This document shows positions 45,026-55,105 of a DNA stretch of 64,000 bases, piece after piece; the stretch's first letter is position 1; each line of letters starts with the position of its first letter. A program made the position numbers and the translations under genes. Source of the stretch: Vicinamibacterales bacterium (lineage in GTDB: Bacteria; Acidobacteriota; Vicinamibacteria; Vicinamibacterales; UBA8438); NCBI GenBank assembly GCA_965116765.1, contig OZ220718.1, forward strand, positions 1,530,384 to 1,594,383, written 5' to 3'. The notes below the pieces were generated by a model. That model had not been told where the DNA came from. It saw nothing but the letters and a program-made list of their open reading frames with translations, and did not search any database.

Positions 45026-46164
45026 CTTGCTCCTTCTCCCTGCTCGACCGCCAACTGCAGGAGATGGTCGACGCAGTCGTAGTCGAGTATCTGCAGCCCC
45101 TCGTCCATCCGCCGGTAGAGCGTCATGCGCATCGTCCACGGGCGGGTGAACACGTTCGGGTCCTCGAGGGTGACCTCGTAGTCGATGTGGTACGGCGTGG
45201 TCGGGGTGTAGCGCTCGACCACGTGCAGGGCGTCGCTGTGGAAGTTGCCGGCCGCGTCGAGCCACGTGCGTCCGTTGAAGTGGGTGGTGTCGACCACCAG
45301 GGTGTCGCCCTCCCAGTGCCCGCGCGAGTCGCCCATCCAGAAGTCGTTGGGCAGGGGATGCGGGCTGCCGTCGGTGTAGATGATGCGGACGGCGTGGGCG
45401 AACTCGTAGGTGACGACCACGTGGTCGGGCGTCTGCAGGATGCGGAACGGGAACGGCATGTAGGTGATGCGCGGCACCCCCGGCAGATAGCACTGGCGAA
45501 CGGGGTCCGCGGTCAGCCGGTTCGCGTAGTTCTCCTGCTGCTGCTCGGCCGCCCATGGCTGGTAGGGGATCTCGCCGCCCACCACCACGCCGAGGCCGGC
45601 GGGAATGCCGTCCTGGGCGTTGTGGGGACGGATGTCCCACGCCGCCGAGTTCAGCACCTGCCAGAAGCCGCTCAGATCGGGGTTGCCCTCCGGGGTCCGG
45701 GGGCCGTCGTAGGCGGACGCCGCCGCGGGCTGCTCTCCCTCGGCCTCGGACGACGCGGAGGCGGCGGACGGCGCGGGGGCGGCGGACGGCTGCGCGGCGG
45801 ACGCCACCGCGGCAGTGGGCGGTTCCGCCGCCGTGCCGGACAGCTCGTCGAGATAGCCCACGACCTGCCGCACCTCGTCGTCGCTCAGCTCGCGGGTCGA
45901 TATCGGGGGCATCTGGCTGTAGCCCTCGCGCACCACGGCGAGCACGTACTCGGCGTCGTAGCCGAGGGGGACGAGGCCGGGCGCGATGTCGCCGCGCCCC
46001 CCCGCCCCGTGGCAGAGCTGGCACACGCGCTGGTAGGGCTCGGCGCCGGGATGGTCCTGCAGCGCGGCAGCGGGGGCGGCAGCGCCCAGGACGACGGCCG
46101 CGATGCACGCGACCACAAGCCCGCGCAGGGCGCCGGCCCCGGAATCGCCGCCGGCACCGCCCAT
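45022..46164 (-). CDS. Cytochrome c domain fused to the same uncharacterised family (paralogue B)
   Basis: 380 aa. It has a signal/TM segment, the haem motif CQLCHG, an Ala/Ser/Pro linker, then GNPDLSGFW..WMGDSRGHWEGDTLVVDTTHF. Confidence 0.8.
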   Translation of the reverse strand: MGGAGGDSGAGALRGLVVACIAAVVLGAAAPAAALQDHPGAEPYQRVCQLCHGAGGRGDIAPGLVPLGYDAEYVLAVVREGYSQMPPISTRELSDDEVRQVVGYLDELSGTAAEPPTAAVASAAQPSAAPAPSAASASSEAEGEQPAAASAYDGPRTPEGNPDLSGFWQVLNSAAWDIRPHNAQDGIPAGLGVVVGGEIPYQPWAAEQQQENYANRLTADPVRQCYLPGVPRITYMPFPFRILQTPDHVVVTYEFAHAVRIIYTDGSPHPLPNDFWMGDSRGHWEGDTLVVDTTHFNGRTWLDAAGNFHSDALHVVERYTPTTPYHIDYEVTLEDPNVFTRPWTMRMTLYRRMDEGLQILDYDCVDHLLQLAVEQGEGAR

Positions 46165-46300
46165 CGCGGCCCGACCGTACCCGCCGGACGTCGGCGTCGT
46201 TCGACGGCGCACGCACGCGGCCCGGGAGCCGCCGCCTCGCGGCGAGCCTCCCCGCCCGACCCGGGCGCCGGCGATCCGCCCGACGCCATGCCACCGGCCG

Positions 46301-47284
46301 CTACCGGTCCTGCGCCGCATCGCGCTCCTCGGCCCGGTGGCCGGCGAGAATGCCGTCCATCCCGTAGTTGCCCTCATGGCACGCGTACTCCCAGACCTGG
46401 TCGTCCGAGAACATCATCGGCACCTCGACCGTCCACGGCACGGTCCAGGTGGCGGGGTCCTCGACCGTGAACTCGTAGAGCAGGGTCTCGCCGTCGACCC
46501 GGGTGAACCGCTCCACCAGGGTCATCGCCGTCGTCGCCCCGTAGCGCTCCGTGAACGAGTTCTTGTTGTAGAAGTTGGTGGTGTCGACGACCAGGGTGTC
46601 GCCTTCCCACCGCCCGCGCGAGTCGCCCATCCACTGGGTCACGCCCTCGTCGAGCGAGCCGCCGTCGAGGGGGATGATGCGCGCGTCGTGGACCATCTCG
46701 TTCAGGATCACCACGTGGTCGGCGGTCTGGAAGAGCTGCATGTGGTTGTTGTAGGCCCGCGGCTCCATCGGCGGCCCCGAGTTGAACCCGAGCACGCAGC
46801 GCTCGCCCACGCTGCGGTCCTCCCACGAGTCGGCGGGGTGCGCGGCCCGGTACTCGGCCCGCGCGTCGGCCCGCGCCTGCCCCTCCGCCGACAACGGCGG
46901 GATGCGCCCGTTCGGGGGGTCGACGATCAGCGACGTGCGGCGGGAGCCGACCGTGCGCGTGCCCCGGTCCATCCAGAAGTTGTTGTAGGCCCCGACGTTG
47001 CCGCCGGCCTCGGTCCGCTGCGCGGCCTGGTTCCACAGCCGGGCGTTCCGCTCCACGACCTCCCGCTCCTGATTGGCCGCTTCCTCCTCGGTCAGGAACG
47101 CCTGGTCGCCGAGCTCCTCGGGGCGCTGCAACGGCGTGATCGTGCGGAAGTCCCAGACCCCTTGAAGGTCGGGATCTCCCCACGGCGTCTGCGGCGCGTC
47201 CGCCTGGGCCAGCGCCGGAACCGGCGCCGACAACACGACCGCGGCCAGCACGGCCAGCCCCGCGGCGAGCATTCGATGGTTCAT
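46301..47284 (-). CDS. Secreted protein of the same uncharacterised family (paralogue A)
   Basis: 327 aa. AGGAGG precedes the ATG at 47282-47284. Motifs: TPWGDPDLQGVW, DPPNGRIP, WMGDSRGRWEGDTLVVDTTNF, EYACHEGN. The 1124-aa ORF in the track is rejected. Confidence 0.8.
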   Translation of the reverse strand: MNHRMLAAGLAVLAAVVLSAPVPALAQADAPQTPWGDPDLQGVWDFRTITPLQRPEELGDQAFLTEEEAANQEREVVERNARLWNQAAQRTEAGGNVGAYNNFWMDRGTRTVGSRRTSLIVDPPNGRIPPLSAEGQARADARAEYRAAHPADSWEDRSVGERCVLGFNSGPPMEPRAYNNHMQLFQTADHVVILNEMVHDARIIPLDGGSLDEGVTQWMGDSRGRWEGDTLVVDTTNFYNKNSFTERYGATTAMTLVERFTRVDGETLLYEFTVEDPATWTVPWTVEVPMMFSDDQVWEYACHEGNYGMDGILAGHRAEERDAAQDR

Positions 47285-47527
47285 CTGACTTCCTCCTGGC
47301 CCGGAAAGCGTCGCCTGCGGCTCCGCCCACCGCCCAACCAACCCCTCCAGCAGTCTGCGCCGGGTACGACGCAGGCTGCTTCCCTGTCGCGAGTCGATTA
47401 TAGCCGGCTCCGGTGCTTCTGACGCGTCCGCATCGCCAACTTCCCGTCGGAGGACGGGCGGCAGGCTGGGCGCGCTGGTGCACGGGCCGGTGCAGGGGAT
47501 AGAGTTGACGGGCGCCGACCGCCGCTC

Positions 47528-49330
47528 ATGTCCCCGATCCACCGTCTCCGTGCCCGCCCCGAGTGGAAGTTCCTGGCCATCCTGCCCCGGGCCAACCCGT
47601 TCCTGGCCGCGGTCTGGTGGAGCGCGCTGGTCGTGCGCAGCCTCCTCCCCGCCCTGCTGGCCGTCGCGATGGGGGTCCTCGTGGGCGCGGTCGAGGCGGG
47701 CGGCGGCCTCGCCTGGCCGCTCGCGGGGGTGGGCGCGGTGTTCGTCCTCCTGCAGGTGCTGCCGCCGCTGCACGGCGCCGCCGGCAACAACCTCGGCAGC
47801 GCCGCCGCGGCCTGGCTCTACGACGAGCTGACGGTGGCCTGCGTCGAGCCTCCCGGCGTCGGGCACCTCGAGGACCCCGAGCTCGCGAGCGACCTGACGA
47901 TGGCGCGCGACTTCGACCTCGGCATCAGCGGGCCGCCCCTGTACATCTCGATGGACTTCATCGCCTCGGGCCTCATCGAGCTGCTGGCGGGGCTGACCGC
48001 CTGCGCCCTCCTCTTCGCCTACGCGTGGTGGGCGCCGCTCGTGCTGGGCGGCGCGTGGCTCGCCACCCACTGGCTGCTGCGCGAGAGCGGGGTGTGGAAG
48101 GACCGCCAGACCGACGAGGTGCGCGAGGCCCAGCGGCACGCCGACTACGCGTACCGGCTCGCCGTCGACGCGCCCGCCGCCAAGGAGCTGCGGCTGTTCG
48201 GCCTCGCCGGCTGGACCATCGACCGCTTCCGGCGCCACCGGCGGCGGCTCCACGACCTGCGCTGGGAGGCAACGAAGCTGCGCCAGCGTCCCGTCGCGGC
48301 GAGCCTCGTCCTCGTCCTCGCCGCCAACGCCGTCGTGTTCTGGTCGCTGGCCGCCGACGTCACCGCCGGCGCGCTGCCCCTCGACCGCCTGGTGACGTTC
48401 GCGAGCGCCGCCGTCGCCGCCAGCATGATCGCGTTCGGCGGCCTGTCGTGGGCCCTCGACGGCGCGGGCGCGCCCACCGCGGCGGTGCTGCGGCTGCGCG
48501 AGGCGATGGCCGCGCGCGGCGCGCTGACCCGCGGTGCGAAGCCGGCGGCGGACCGGCCGAGGCGCGAGATCCGCTTCTCGGGCGTGCGCTTCGCCTATCC
48601 CGCCCGCCCCGACCGGCCGGTGCTGGACGGGCTCGACCTGACCCTGCCCGCCGGCTCGTCGCTCGCCATCGTCGGCCGGAACGGCGCCGGCAAGACGACC
48701 CTCGCCAAGCTGCTGTGCCGGCTCTACGAGCCGCAGGCCGGCGCCATCGAGGTGGACGGCACGGACCTGCGCCAGCTCGACCTCGAGTCGTGGCGCGCGC
48801 GCATCACCGCCGTGTTCCAGGACTTCGCGCGCTTCGAGCTGCCGCTGGCCGACAACGTGGCGCCGGCCGGCGCGCCCGAGGCGGTCGTGCGCGACGCGCT
48901 CGCGAAGGCGGGGGCGGCCGACCTCGCAGGCCTCGACACCGTCCTCGCCCGCGGCTACGACGGCGGCACCGACCTGTCGGGCGGCCAGTGGCAGCGCGTG
49001 GCCCTGGCCCGGGCCCTCGCCGCGGTGCGGCAGGGCGCGGGCATCGTGCTGCTCGACGAGCCCACCGCGCAGCTCGACGTCCGGGGCGAAGCGGAGATCT
49101 TCGAGCGCATCCTGAAGGCGACGCGCGAGGCGACGACCATCCTCATCTCGCACCGCTTCTCCACCGTCCGCCACGCCGACCGCATCTGCGTCGTCGAGGA
49201 CGGGCGGGTCGTCGAGCTGGGCACCCACGACGAGCTGATGGCGCGGGGCGGGCGCTACCGGACCATGTTCGACCTGCAGGCGCAACGCTTCGCAGAAGAG
49301 GAAGAGGCGGGCCTCGATGTCCTCGACTGA
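47528..49330 (+). CDS. ABC exporter, fused permease-ATPase (half transporter 1)
   Basis: 600 aa. The N-terminal half has six predicted TM segments. ATPase motifs are GRNGAGKTT, LSGGQWQR and VLLDEP. Confidence 0.9.
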   Translation: MSPIHRLRARPEWKFLAILPRANPFLAAVWWSALVVRSLLPALLAVAMGVLVGAVEAGGGLAWPLAGVGAVFVLLQVLPPLHGAAGNNLGSAAAAWLYDELTVACVEPPGVGHLEDPELASDLTMARDFDLGISGPPLYISMDFIASGLIELLAGLTACALLFAYAWWAPLVLGGAWLATHWLLRESGVWKDRQTDEVREAQRHADYAYRLAVDAPAAKELRLFGLAGWTIDRFRRHRRRLHDLRWEATKLRQRPVAASLVLVLAANAVVFWSLAADVTAGALPLDRLVTFASAAVAASMIAFGGLSWALDGAGAPTAAVLRLREAMAARGALTRGAKPAADRPRREIRFSGVRFAYPARPDRPVLDGLDLTLPAGSSLAIVGRNGAGKTTLAKLLCRLYEPQAGAIEVDGTDLRQLDLESWRARITAVFQDFARFELPLADNVAPAGAPEAVVRDALAKAGAADLAGLDTVLARGYDGGTDLSGGQWQRVALARALAAVRQGAGIVLLDEPTAQLDVRGEAEIFERILKATREATTILISHRFSTVRHADRICVVEDGRVVELGTHDELMARGGRYRTMFDLQAQRFAEEEEAGLDVLD

Positions 49331-51191
49331 GCCGGCGCGCCCCGCCGACGACATGCCGGCGGCGCTGCCGTCGATGTGGCGCGCGCTCCGGCGCGGCTTC
49401 GACGCCGAGCCGGCGCTCCTGACCGTCGCGTTCACCCTCGCGCTGCTGGCCGCCCTCCCCGACGCGCTGATGGCGGTGTGGCTGAAGCTCCTCGCCGACG
49501 GGCTGACGGGCGACGACTCCACCCTGGTCGCCGTCGCCGCCGCCGGCCTCGCCGCCTCGGCCACCCTGACGTGGGTGCTGCGCGTCGTCAGCGACCGCAC
49601 CCAGCGCCGCTTCCGCGACCGCGTCACCATCGCCCTGGAGTCGCACGTGGCGGGGCTGCAGGCGAGCGTCGCCACCGTCGAGCACCACGAGCGGCCCGAC
49701 TACCTCGACCGGTTGGCGATGCTGCGCGACCAGGTGTTCGTGCTCGACCACATGTACATGTCGCTGTTCACCACCGCCGGCTGGATCCTGCGCCTCGCGG
49801 TGACCGTCGGCCTGCTCGTCTCGATCCACCCCGCGCTGGCGCTGCTCGCCCTGTGCGCGCTGCCGACGGTGGCCACCGCCTCGTGGCGCCCCGCGGTCGA
49901 GCGCGCGGTCGAGGAGCGGGGCGCGCAGGCGCAACGCCTCGCGCGGCACCTGTTCGATGCCGCCACGACGGCGGCGCCCGGCAAGGACGTGCGCGTCACC
50001 GGCATCGGCCCGCGCCTCGTGCGCGACCGGCGCGCCGCGTGGGAGCGCTGGTACCGCCCCGTCGCCGCCGCGCGCTGGGCCAGCGCGGGCTGGCACACCC
50101 TCGGCTGGAGCGTGTTCGGGGCCGGCTACGTGGGCGCCGTCGTCTTCGTCGCGGCCGGGCTGCGGGCCTCGCCCGGCGACGTCCTGCTGCTGCTCGCGGC
50201 CGGCTCGCGCCTCGCGGGCTACGTCAGCGCCACCGTCGGCGAGATCGGCTTCCTGCGCGGCATCTGGCTCGACGGCTCGCGGCGCCTGGCGTGGCTCGAG
50301 GACTACGCCGCGGTCCAGGCCGAGCGCGCCGACCGGCCGGCCCCGGCGGCCATCGAGCGCGGCATCTCCCTCGAGAAGGTGTCGTTCGCCTATCCGGGCA
50401 CCGACCGCCTGGTGCTCGAAGACGTCGACCTCGAGCTGCCGGCCGGGGCCGTCGTGGCCCTCGTCGGCGAGAACGGGGCCGGAAAGACCACGCTCGTCAA
50501 GCTGCTGGGCAAGATGTACGAGCCGAGCGCGGGCCGCATTCTCGTCGACGGCGAGGATCTCGCGCGGATGCCGGCCACCGAGTGGCGCTCACGCCTCGCC
50601 GGGGCGTTCCAGGACTTCTTCCGCTTCGAGCTGCCGGCACAGCGGACCGTGGGCCTCGGCGACGTCCCGCGCCTCGACGAGCGCCCCGCGGCAGAGACCG
50701 CCATCGGCCGGGCTGGCGCCGGGGACGTGGTCGGCACCCTGGCCGCCGGCCTCGACACCCAGCTCGGCCCGACGTGGCCGAACGGCGTGGAGGTGAGCGT
50801 CGGGCAGTGGCAGAAGCTCTCGCTGGCGCGCGGGTTCATGCGCGACGAGCCGCTGCTGCTGGTGCTCGACGAGCCGACCGCGTCCCTCGACGCGGAGACC
50901 GAGCACGCCTTGTTCGAGCGTTACGCGAGCGGCGCCCGCGACGGCGGAAACGGCGCCCGCGGGCGCATCACCCTGCTCGTGTCGCACCGGTTCAGCACCG
51001 TGCGCATGGCCGACATCATCGTCGTCCTCGACGGCGCCCGCCTGGTGGAGGTCGGCAGCCACGACGAGCTGATGGCGAAGGCGGGGCACTACGCGGAGCT
51101 GTACGGCATTCAAGCCGCGGCGTACCGGCAGGGAACACCCCCTGTGGAAGAGCCCCGGCCTCCCCGCGGCTGCTCGCCCGACCAGGTTTGA
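49317..51191 (+). CDS. ABC exporter, fused permease-ATPase (half transporter 2)
   Basis: 624 aa with a 14-nt overlap with the previous gene. ATPase motifs are GENGAGKTT, VSVGQWQK and LVLDEP. Confidence 0.9.
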   Translation: MSSTEPARPADDMPAALPSMWRALRRGFDAEPALLTVAFTLALLAALPDALMAVWLKLLADGLTGDDSTLVAVAAAGLAASATLTWVLRVVSDRTQRRFRDRVTIALESHVAGLQASVATVEHHERPDYLDRLAMLRDQVFVLDHMYMSLFTTAGWILRLAVTVGLLVSIHPALALLALCALPTVATASWRPAVERAVEERGAQAQRLARHLFDAATTAAPGKDVRVTGIGPRLVRDRRAAWERWYRPVAAARWASAGWHTLGWSVFGAGYVGAVVFVAAGLRASPGDVLLLLAAGSRLAGYVSATVGEIGFLRGIWLDGSRRLAWLEDYAAVQAERADRPAPAAIERGISLEKVSFAYPGTDRLVLEDVDLELPAGAVVALVGENGAGKTTLVKLLGKMYEPSAGRILVDGEDLARMPATEWRSRLAGAFQDFFRFELPAQRTVGLGDVPRLDERPAAETAIGRAGAGDVVGTLAAGLDTQLGPTWPNGVEVSVGQWQKLSLARGFMRDEPLLLVLDEPTASLDAETEHALFERYASGARDGGNGARGRITLLVSHRFSTVRMADIIVVLDGARLVEVGSHDELMAKAGHYAELYGIQAAAYRQGTPPVEEPRPPRGCSPDQV

Positions 51192-51239
51192 ATCGCCCCC
51201 GATCTCTCGGGATCCCGCGGCGCCATGCGAGCCTGGCGG

Positions 51240-51572
51240 CTACAGCGGCCGGTCCGGTTTGATGATGGACCGCCACATGTGCGCGACCGGGCTGTTGTCG
51301 TAGCCGAGCCCCTCCTTCGGCTGCTTGAACTGCCGGCCGATGACGTCGGTGAACTCCTCGACGCGGATCTCGCGCTGGCTCTCGTCGAACGCGTACTGAT
51401 CGTTGACGATGACCAGCCGCGCCTCCATGTAGTAGCGGTGGTTGCGGGCGAACTCGTAGTCCTTCTTGATGTAGCTTAGCAGCCAGGAAAGCTGGGATTG
51501 ACGTCGCAGCCCCCGGGGCGGGAACGGCCCGCCGCGAACCGCCCTCGCTTGCGGCAACGATGGACGGCGCAT
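51240..51572 (-). CDS. Hypothetical protein (possibly 5'-truncated)
   Basis: The C-terminal ~80 codons (YIKKDYEFARNHRYYMEARLVIVNDQY..) have a strong coding-like third-position bias. The N-terminal part overlaps an intergenic repeat, and the start is doubtful. Confidence 0.35.
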   Translation of the reverse strand: MRRPSLPQARAVRGGPFPPRGLRRQSQLSWLLSYIKKDYEFARNHRYYMEARLVIVNDQYAFDESQREIRVEEFTDVIGRQFKQPKEGLGYDNSPVAHMWRSIIKPDRPL

Positions 51573-51622
51573 GCCCCGGCGGGAACGGCCCGCCGCAAAC
51601 CCGCCGCCCGCTTGCGGTTACG

Positions 51623-52945
51623 ATGGTCGGCAGCCCCCGGGGCGCGAGAAGCAGCGTGGCCGTCACCGAGACCCTGATTCGCCGGATGACCCGGCTCGCC
51701 GTCGAGCACGGCGCGGTCAACCTCTCGCAGGGGTTCACCGACGAGGCGCCGGTGTACGACCTGGTCTGGAGCGGCATCGCGGCGATGCTCGGCGGCACCG
51801 AGGCGCGGCGCCGCGAGGTCGAGTCGATGACCGTGCGCGACCTGCTGGCCGCGCGCGGGGCGGCGGACGGCGGGGCGCTCGACCTGACCCTGAAGGAGCT
51901 GCTGGCCGGGGCGCGGAACCCGCGCGACCAGTTCAACCAGTACTCGTTCCCGTTCGGGCTGCCCGAGCTGCGGCGCGCCATCGCCGACTACACCGCGCGG
52001 CTCTACGGCCGGCGGCCGGATCCCGAGGAGGAGATCACCGTCGTGCTGGGGGCGAGCGAGGGCATGGCGGCGGCGTTCTGCGCCCTCTTCGAGCCCGGCG
52101 ACGGCGTCGTGGTGATGCAGCCCTGCCACGAGCTCTATCCGTCGCAGGCGGCGATCTTCGGGCTCGTGCCGCGGTTCGTGACCCTGCGCGAGGACCGCGG
52201 CGCCGGGACGTGGCGGCTCGACCGCGACGAACTGCGCGCGGCCGCCGCCGACCCGTCGGTGAGGGCGTTCGTCGTGAACACGCCGCAGAACCCGACCGGC
52301 AAGGTGCTCGGCCGCGACGAGCTGTCGTTCATCGCGGAGCTGTGCCGGACGCACGATCTGCTGGCGATCACGGACGAGATCTACGAGCACATCGTCTTCG
52401 ACGGCCACCGGCATCTCTTCCTGCCGGGCTTCGAGGGCATGGCCGAGCGCACCGTCGTCGTGAACTCCATCTCGAAGACGGGACGCGCGACGGGGTGGCG
52501 CATCGGCTGGGTCCTGACTCCGCCGCGCTGCACCGCCCGCCTGCGCGCGGTGCACGACAACCTCGTGGTGCAGGCGCCGACGCCGCTGCAGAAGGGCGCG
52601 GTGGCGCTCCTGGATCTGGAGCGGGCGTTCTTCGACGGAATCGCAGAGGACTATCGGCGCAAGCGCGACCTGCTCGTCGACGGGCTGCGCGAGGTCGGCT
52701 TCGCCGTGACCCCGCCCGAGGGCGCCTACTACCTGTTCGCCGACTACCGGACCGTGCCGGCGCTCGCGAAGCTGTCGCCGACCGAGGCCGCGATGCACCT
52801 GGTGGAGAAGGTCGGGGTGGCGACGGTGCCGGGCGACAACTTCTACGCCACCGGCGACGACGGGAGCCGCTACCTCCGCTTCGCGTTCTGCCGGTCGACG
52901 GAGACCCTCGAGGCCGCCGTCGAGCGCCTGCGCGCCGGCCTCTGA
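51623..52945 (+). CDS. PLP-dependent aminotransferase, class I/II
   Basis: Motifs are NTPQNPTG and the PLP-lysine context NSISKTGRATGWRIGW. An insertion lies near the N-terminus. The start at 51623 was chosen over 51560. Confidence 0.85.
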   Translation: MVGSPRGARSSVAVTETLIRRMTRLAVEHGAVNLSQGFTDEAPVYDLVWSGIAAMLGGTEARRREVESMTVRDLLAARGAADGGALDLTLKELLAGARNPRDQFNQYSFPFGLPELRRAIADYTARLYGRRPDPEEEITVVLGASEGMAAAFCALFEPGDGVVVMQPCHELYPSQAAIFGLVPRFVTLREDRGAGTWRLDRDELRAAAADPSVRAFVVNTPQNPTGKVLGRDELSFIAELCRTHDLLAITDEIYEHIVFDGHRHLFLPGFEGMAERTVVVNSISKTGRATGWRIGWVLTPPRCTARLRAVHDNLVVQAPTPLQKGAVALLDLERAFFDGIAEDYRRKRDLLVDGLREVGFAVTPPEGAYYLFADYRTVPALAKLSPTEAAMHLVEKVGVATVPGDNFYATGDDGSRYLRFAFCRSTETLEAAVERLRAGL

Positions 52946-52996
52946 GCGGTTCGCGGCGCCGTGCGTTGAACCGGACCCCGAGACAAGGCCTCGCGG

Positions 52997-53404
52997 TCAC
53001 TCCGCGCGCAGGCGTGCCGCCGCGACGGCCCCGAGCATGGCGCAGGGCACGTAGGTGGCGGTGGACAGAACAGCGAACCAGAGCGGATGCGGGATGGCGG
53101 CGAGGTTGGCGAAGCCCGCGAGGGTGAGCAGGCCGCCGACGACGAGGGCCTGGACGGTGGCCCGGTCCGCGCTCACGAGGCGGGCGATGACGCCGCCGCC
53201 GAGGCTGCCCACGACGTAGGACAGCTCGACCATCAGCAGCGCGCCGAGCGGCATCTGCGCCATCAGGGCCGCGACGGCCTCGGGATCGGTGAGGTCGGTG
53301 CCGGGCGGCGGCGGATACAGCCACGTGCCCACCGCCTGCACCGCCATGATGAGGACCACGCTGCCGAACAGCCCCGCGACCACCGCACCGATTCGACGAC
53401 CCAT
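52997..53404 (-). CDS. Small integral membrane protein
   Basis: About 135 aa with four hydrophobic segments. The start MGRRIG is at 53402-53404. Confidence 0.5.
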   Translation of the reverse strand: MGRRIGAVVAGLFGSVVLIMAVQAVGTWLYPPPPGTDLTDPEAVAALMAQMPLGALLMVELSYVVGSLGGGVIARLVSADRATVQALVVGGLLTLAGFANLAAIPHPLWFAVLSTATYVPCAMLGAVAAARLRAE

Positions 53405-53651
53405 CTCTGGAATCTCCCGTTGCGAGCACACCGCCGATCATCAGCCCAGGCCGTCCACGCCTCCAGCTGTCTGCGCGAACTCGGCGCCTGCCGCAGTCCA
53501 GTGCCGCCGCCCTCCGTAACGCCGACGCCACTTCCAGCCGCCGAGCCCGGCGGACGCTGAACCGGAACGCCTCGGTGTTGCGCCGCGCTCCCTGACGCCG
53601 ACGCCGCTTCCGGCCGGCGCCGCTCCAGCGGCCGTCCAGGCGGCCGCCGTC

Positions 53652-54236
53652 TCAGCGGTCCCGCGGGCGGTCGTCCGGGTCGCAGAGGTCGCCGAGCACC
53701 CCCGACCCGCCGCAGTAGCTGACGTCCTGAATCTGCACCGCGATGCCGTCCGGGTCGTTGAACATCAGCTCCTCGGCCGGCGGATCGGAGTCGGCGCGCA
53801 TCCGGACCCGCGCCGTGATGCCGTGGGCGGCGAGGCGGTCGACGACCTCGGCCGCGTCGAACCCCTCCATGCCCAGGCAGTAGTGGTTGATGGAAGGCGT
53901 CGCCCCCTGCCCGAACGCGATGAACTGCGGGCCGTCGCCGATGCCGAGGACCGGCACGGCGGCCGCCGACCAGTCCCGCTCGGTCCCCTGCGTGGTGACC
54001 AGGGGCAGGCCGAGCACCCGCTGATAGAACTCGACCGAGCGCTGCACGTCGCTCACGGTCAGGGTCACGTGGTTCAGCGTCGTGACCGGGATGGGCGCCG
54101 CGTTCGCCTGCGCGGCCGGGGCCGACGCCGGCGCCGAGCGGGCCACCACCAGGGCCGACAACGCCACCACCAGCTCGCGGCGGGTCATCCCGCCGCCCTC
54201 GAACCGCCGCACCAGCCCTTCGATGACGTCACTCAT
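53652..54236 (-). CDS. VOC (glyoxalase/bleomycin-resistance/dioxygenase) family protein with Tat-like signal
   Basis: 194 aa. It has MTRRELVVALSAL, then LNHVTLTVSDVQRSVEFY..LG. Confidence 0.75.
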   Translation of the reverse strand: MSDVIEGLVRRFEGGGMTRRELVVALSALVVARSAPASAPAAQANAAPIPVTTLNHVTLTVSDVQRSVEFYQRVLGLPLVTTQGTERDWSAAAVPVLGIGDGPQFIAFGQGATPSINHYCLGMEGFDAAEVVDRLAAHGITARVRMRADSDPPAEELMFNDPDGIAVQIQDVSYCGGSGVLGDLCDPDDRPRDR

Positions 54237-54306
54237 GCCGACTCTCCTCGCGATGGGCCCGGACGACGCGCCGGGCCGGGTGTCCGCCGTCCGCGAACCG
54301 CCCGGC

Positions 54307-54828
54307 TCACGGCAGCCGGTTGCACACGTCGACCTCCTCGCCCCAGAAGTCGATGCAGCGCTCGCGGTTCATCTCGCCCTGCCCGACGACCTTGGCGAGC
54401 AGGAAGTCGACGAGCCGCTCGACCTCGCGGTTCTGGAGGGTCGCGCCGGGCTCCGGGAGCCGCAGCCCCATGCGCCGGAGGTCGCGCCGGGTGCGGCCGA
54501 GGCAACGGTCGTCGGTGTAGGCGAGCCGGTCGAACGCGGGCATCTCCCGCCCCGGCAGGCCGCACTTGATGACGAAGACGAGCTGCTCGCGGTCGAGCGC
54601 GCTCTCGCGCAGGTTCGCCCCGTCCGGCGCCTGGTTGTCCATCTTGACGCCGTCGCCCGACCACCCGTGGCACGCCTGGCAGTCGGCCTTCTGGTGGTAC
54701 AGCCGGCGCCCCGACGCGATGTTCCTCTCGCTGGGCTGGGCGGACACCTCCCCCGGCCCGATCCAGACGACGCCCGCGACCGCCGCGACCGGCACGAGCC
54801 CCCACCGCGCGACACCATGCCTCTTCAT
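54307..54828 (-). CDS. Monohaem c-type cytochrome
   Basis: 173 aa. GGAGG lies upstream of the ATG at 54826-54828. It has a signal peptide and the CQACHG haem motif. Confidence 0.8.
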   Translation of the reverse strand: MKRHGVARWGLVPVAAVAGVVWIGPGEVSAQPSERNIASGRRLYHQKADCQACHGWSGDGVKMDNQAPDGANLRESALDREQLVFVIKCGLPGREMPAFDRLAYTDDRCLGRTRRDLRRMGLRLPEPGATLQNREVERLVDFLLAKVVGQGEMNRERCIDFWGEEVDVCNRLP

Positions 54829-55105
54829 TGCGCGAACCTCCTTGGCGAAGCGCCCTCTCTGCCACCCGCCCGCCGAGCCGGCAGGGCGTCGCCGTCCGGA
54901 CGGCGCGTGGCGTACGGGCATGATCGCCCACCGTACGGACCCGACGCAACCACGGCCAACCAATCCCGGGCCGAAGCGTTGAACGGCACGGCATCCGGCG
55001 ATAGGATCGGCACCGGACGACCGGATTCGAACGTGCCGCCGGGCAAGCGATCCATGGCCCCGGCGGCCCTGCGCGAAGACTCCACCCAACCATCGGAGGC
55101 CACCC

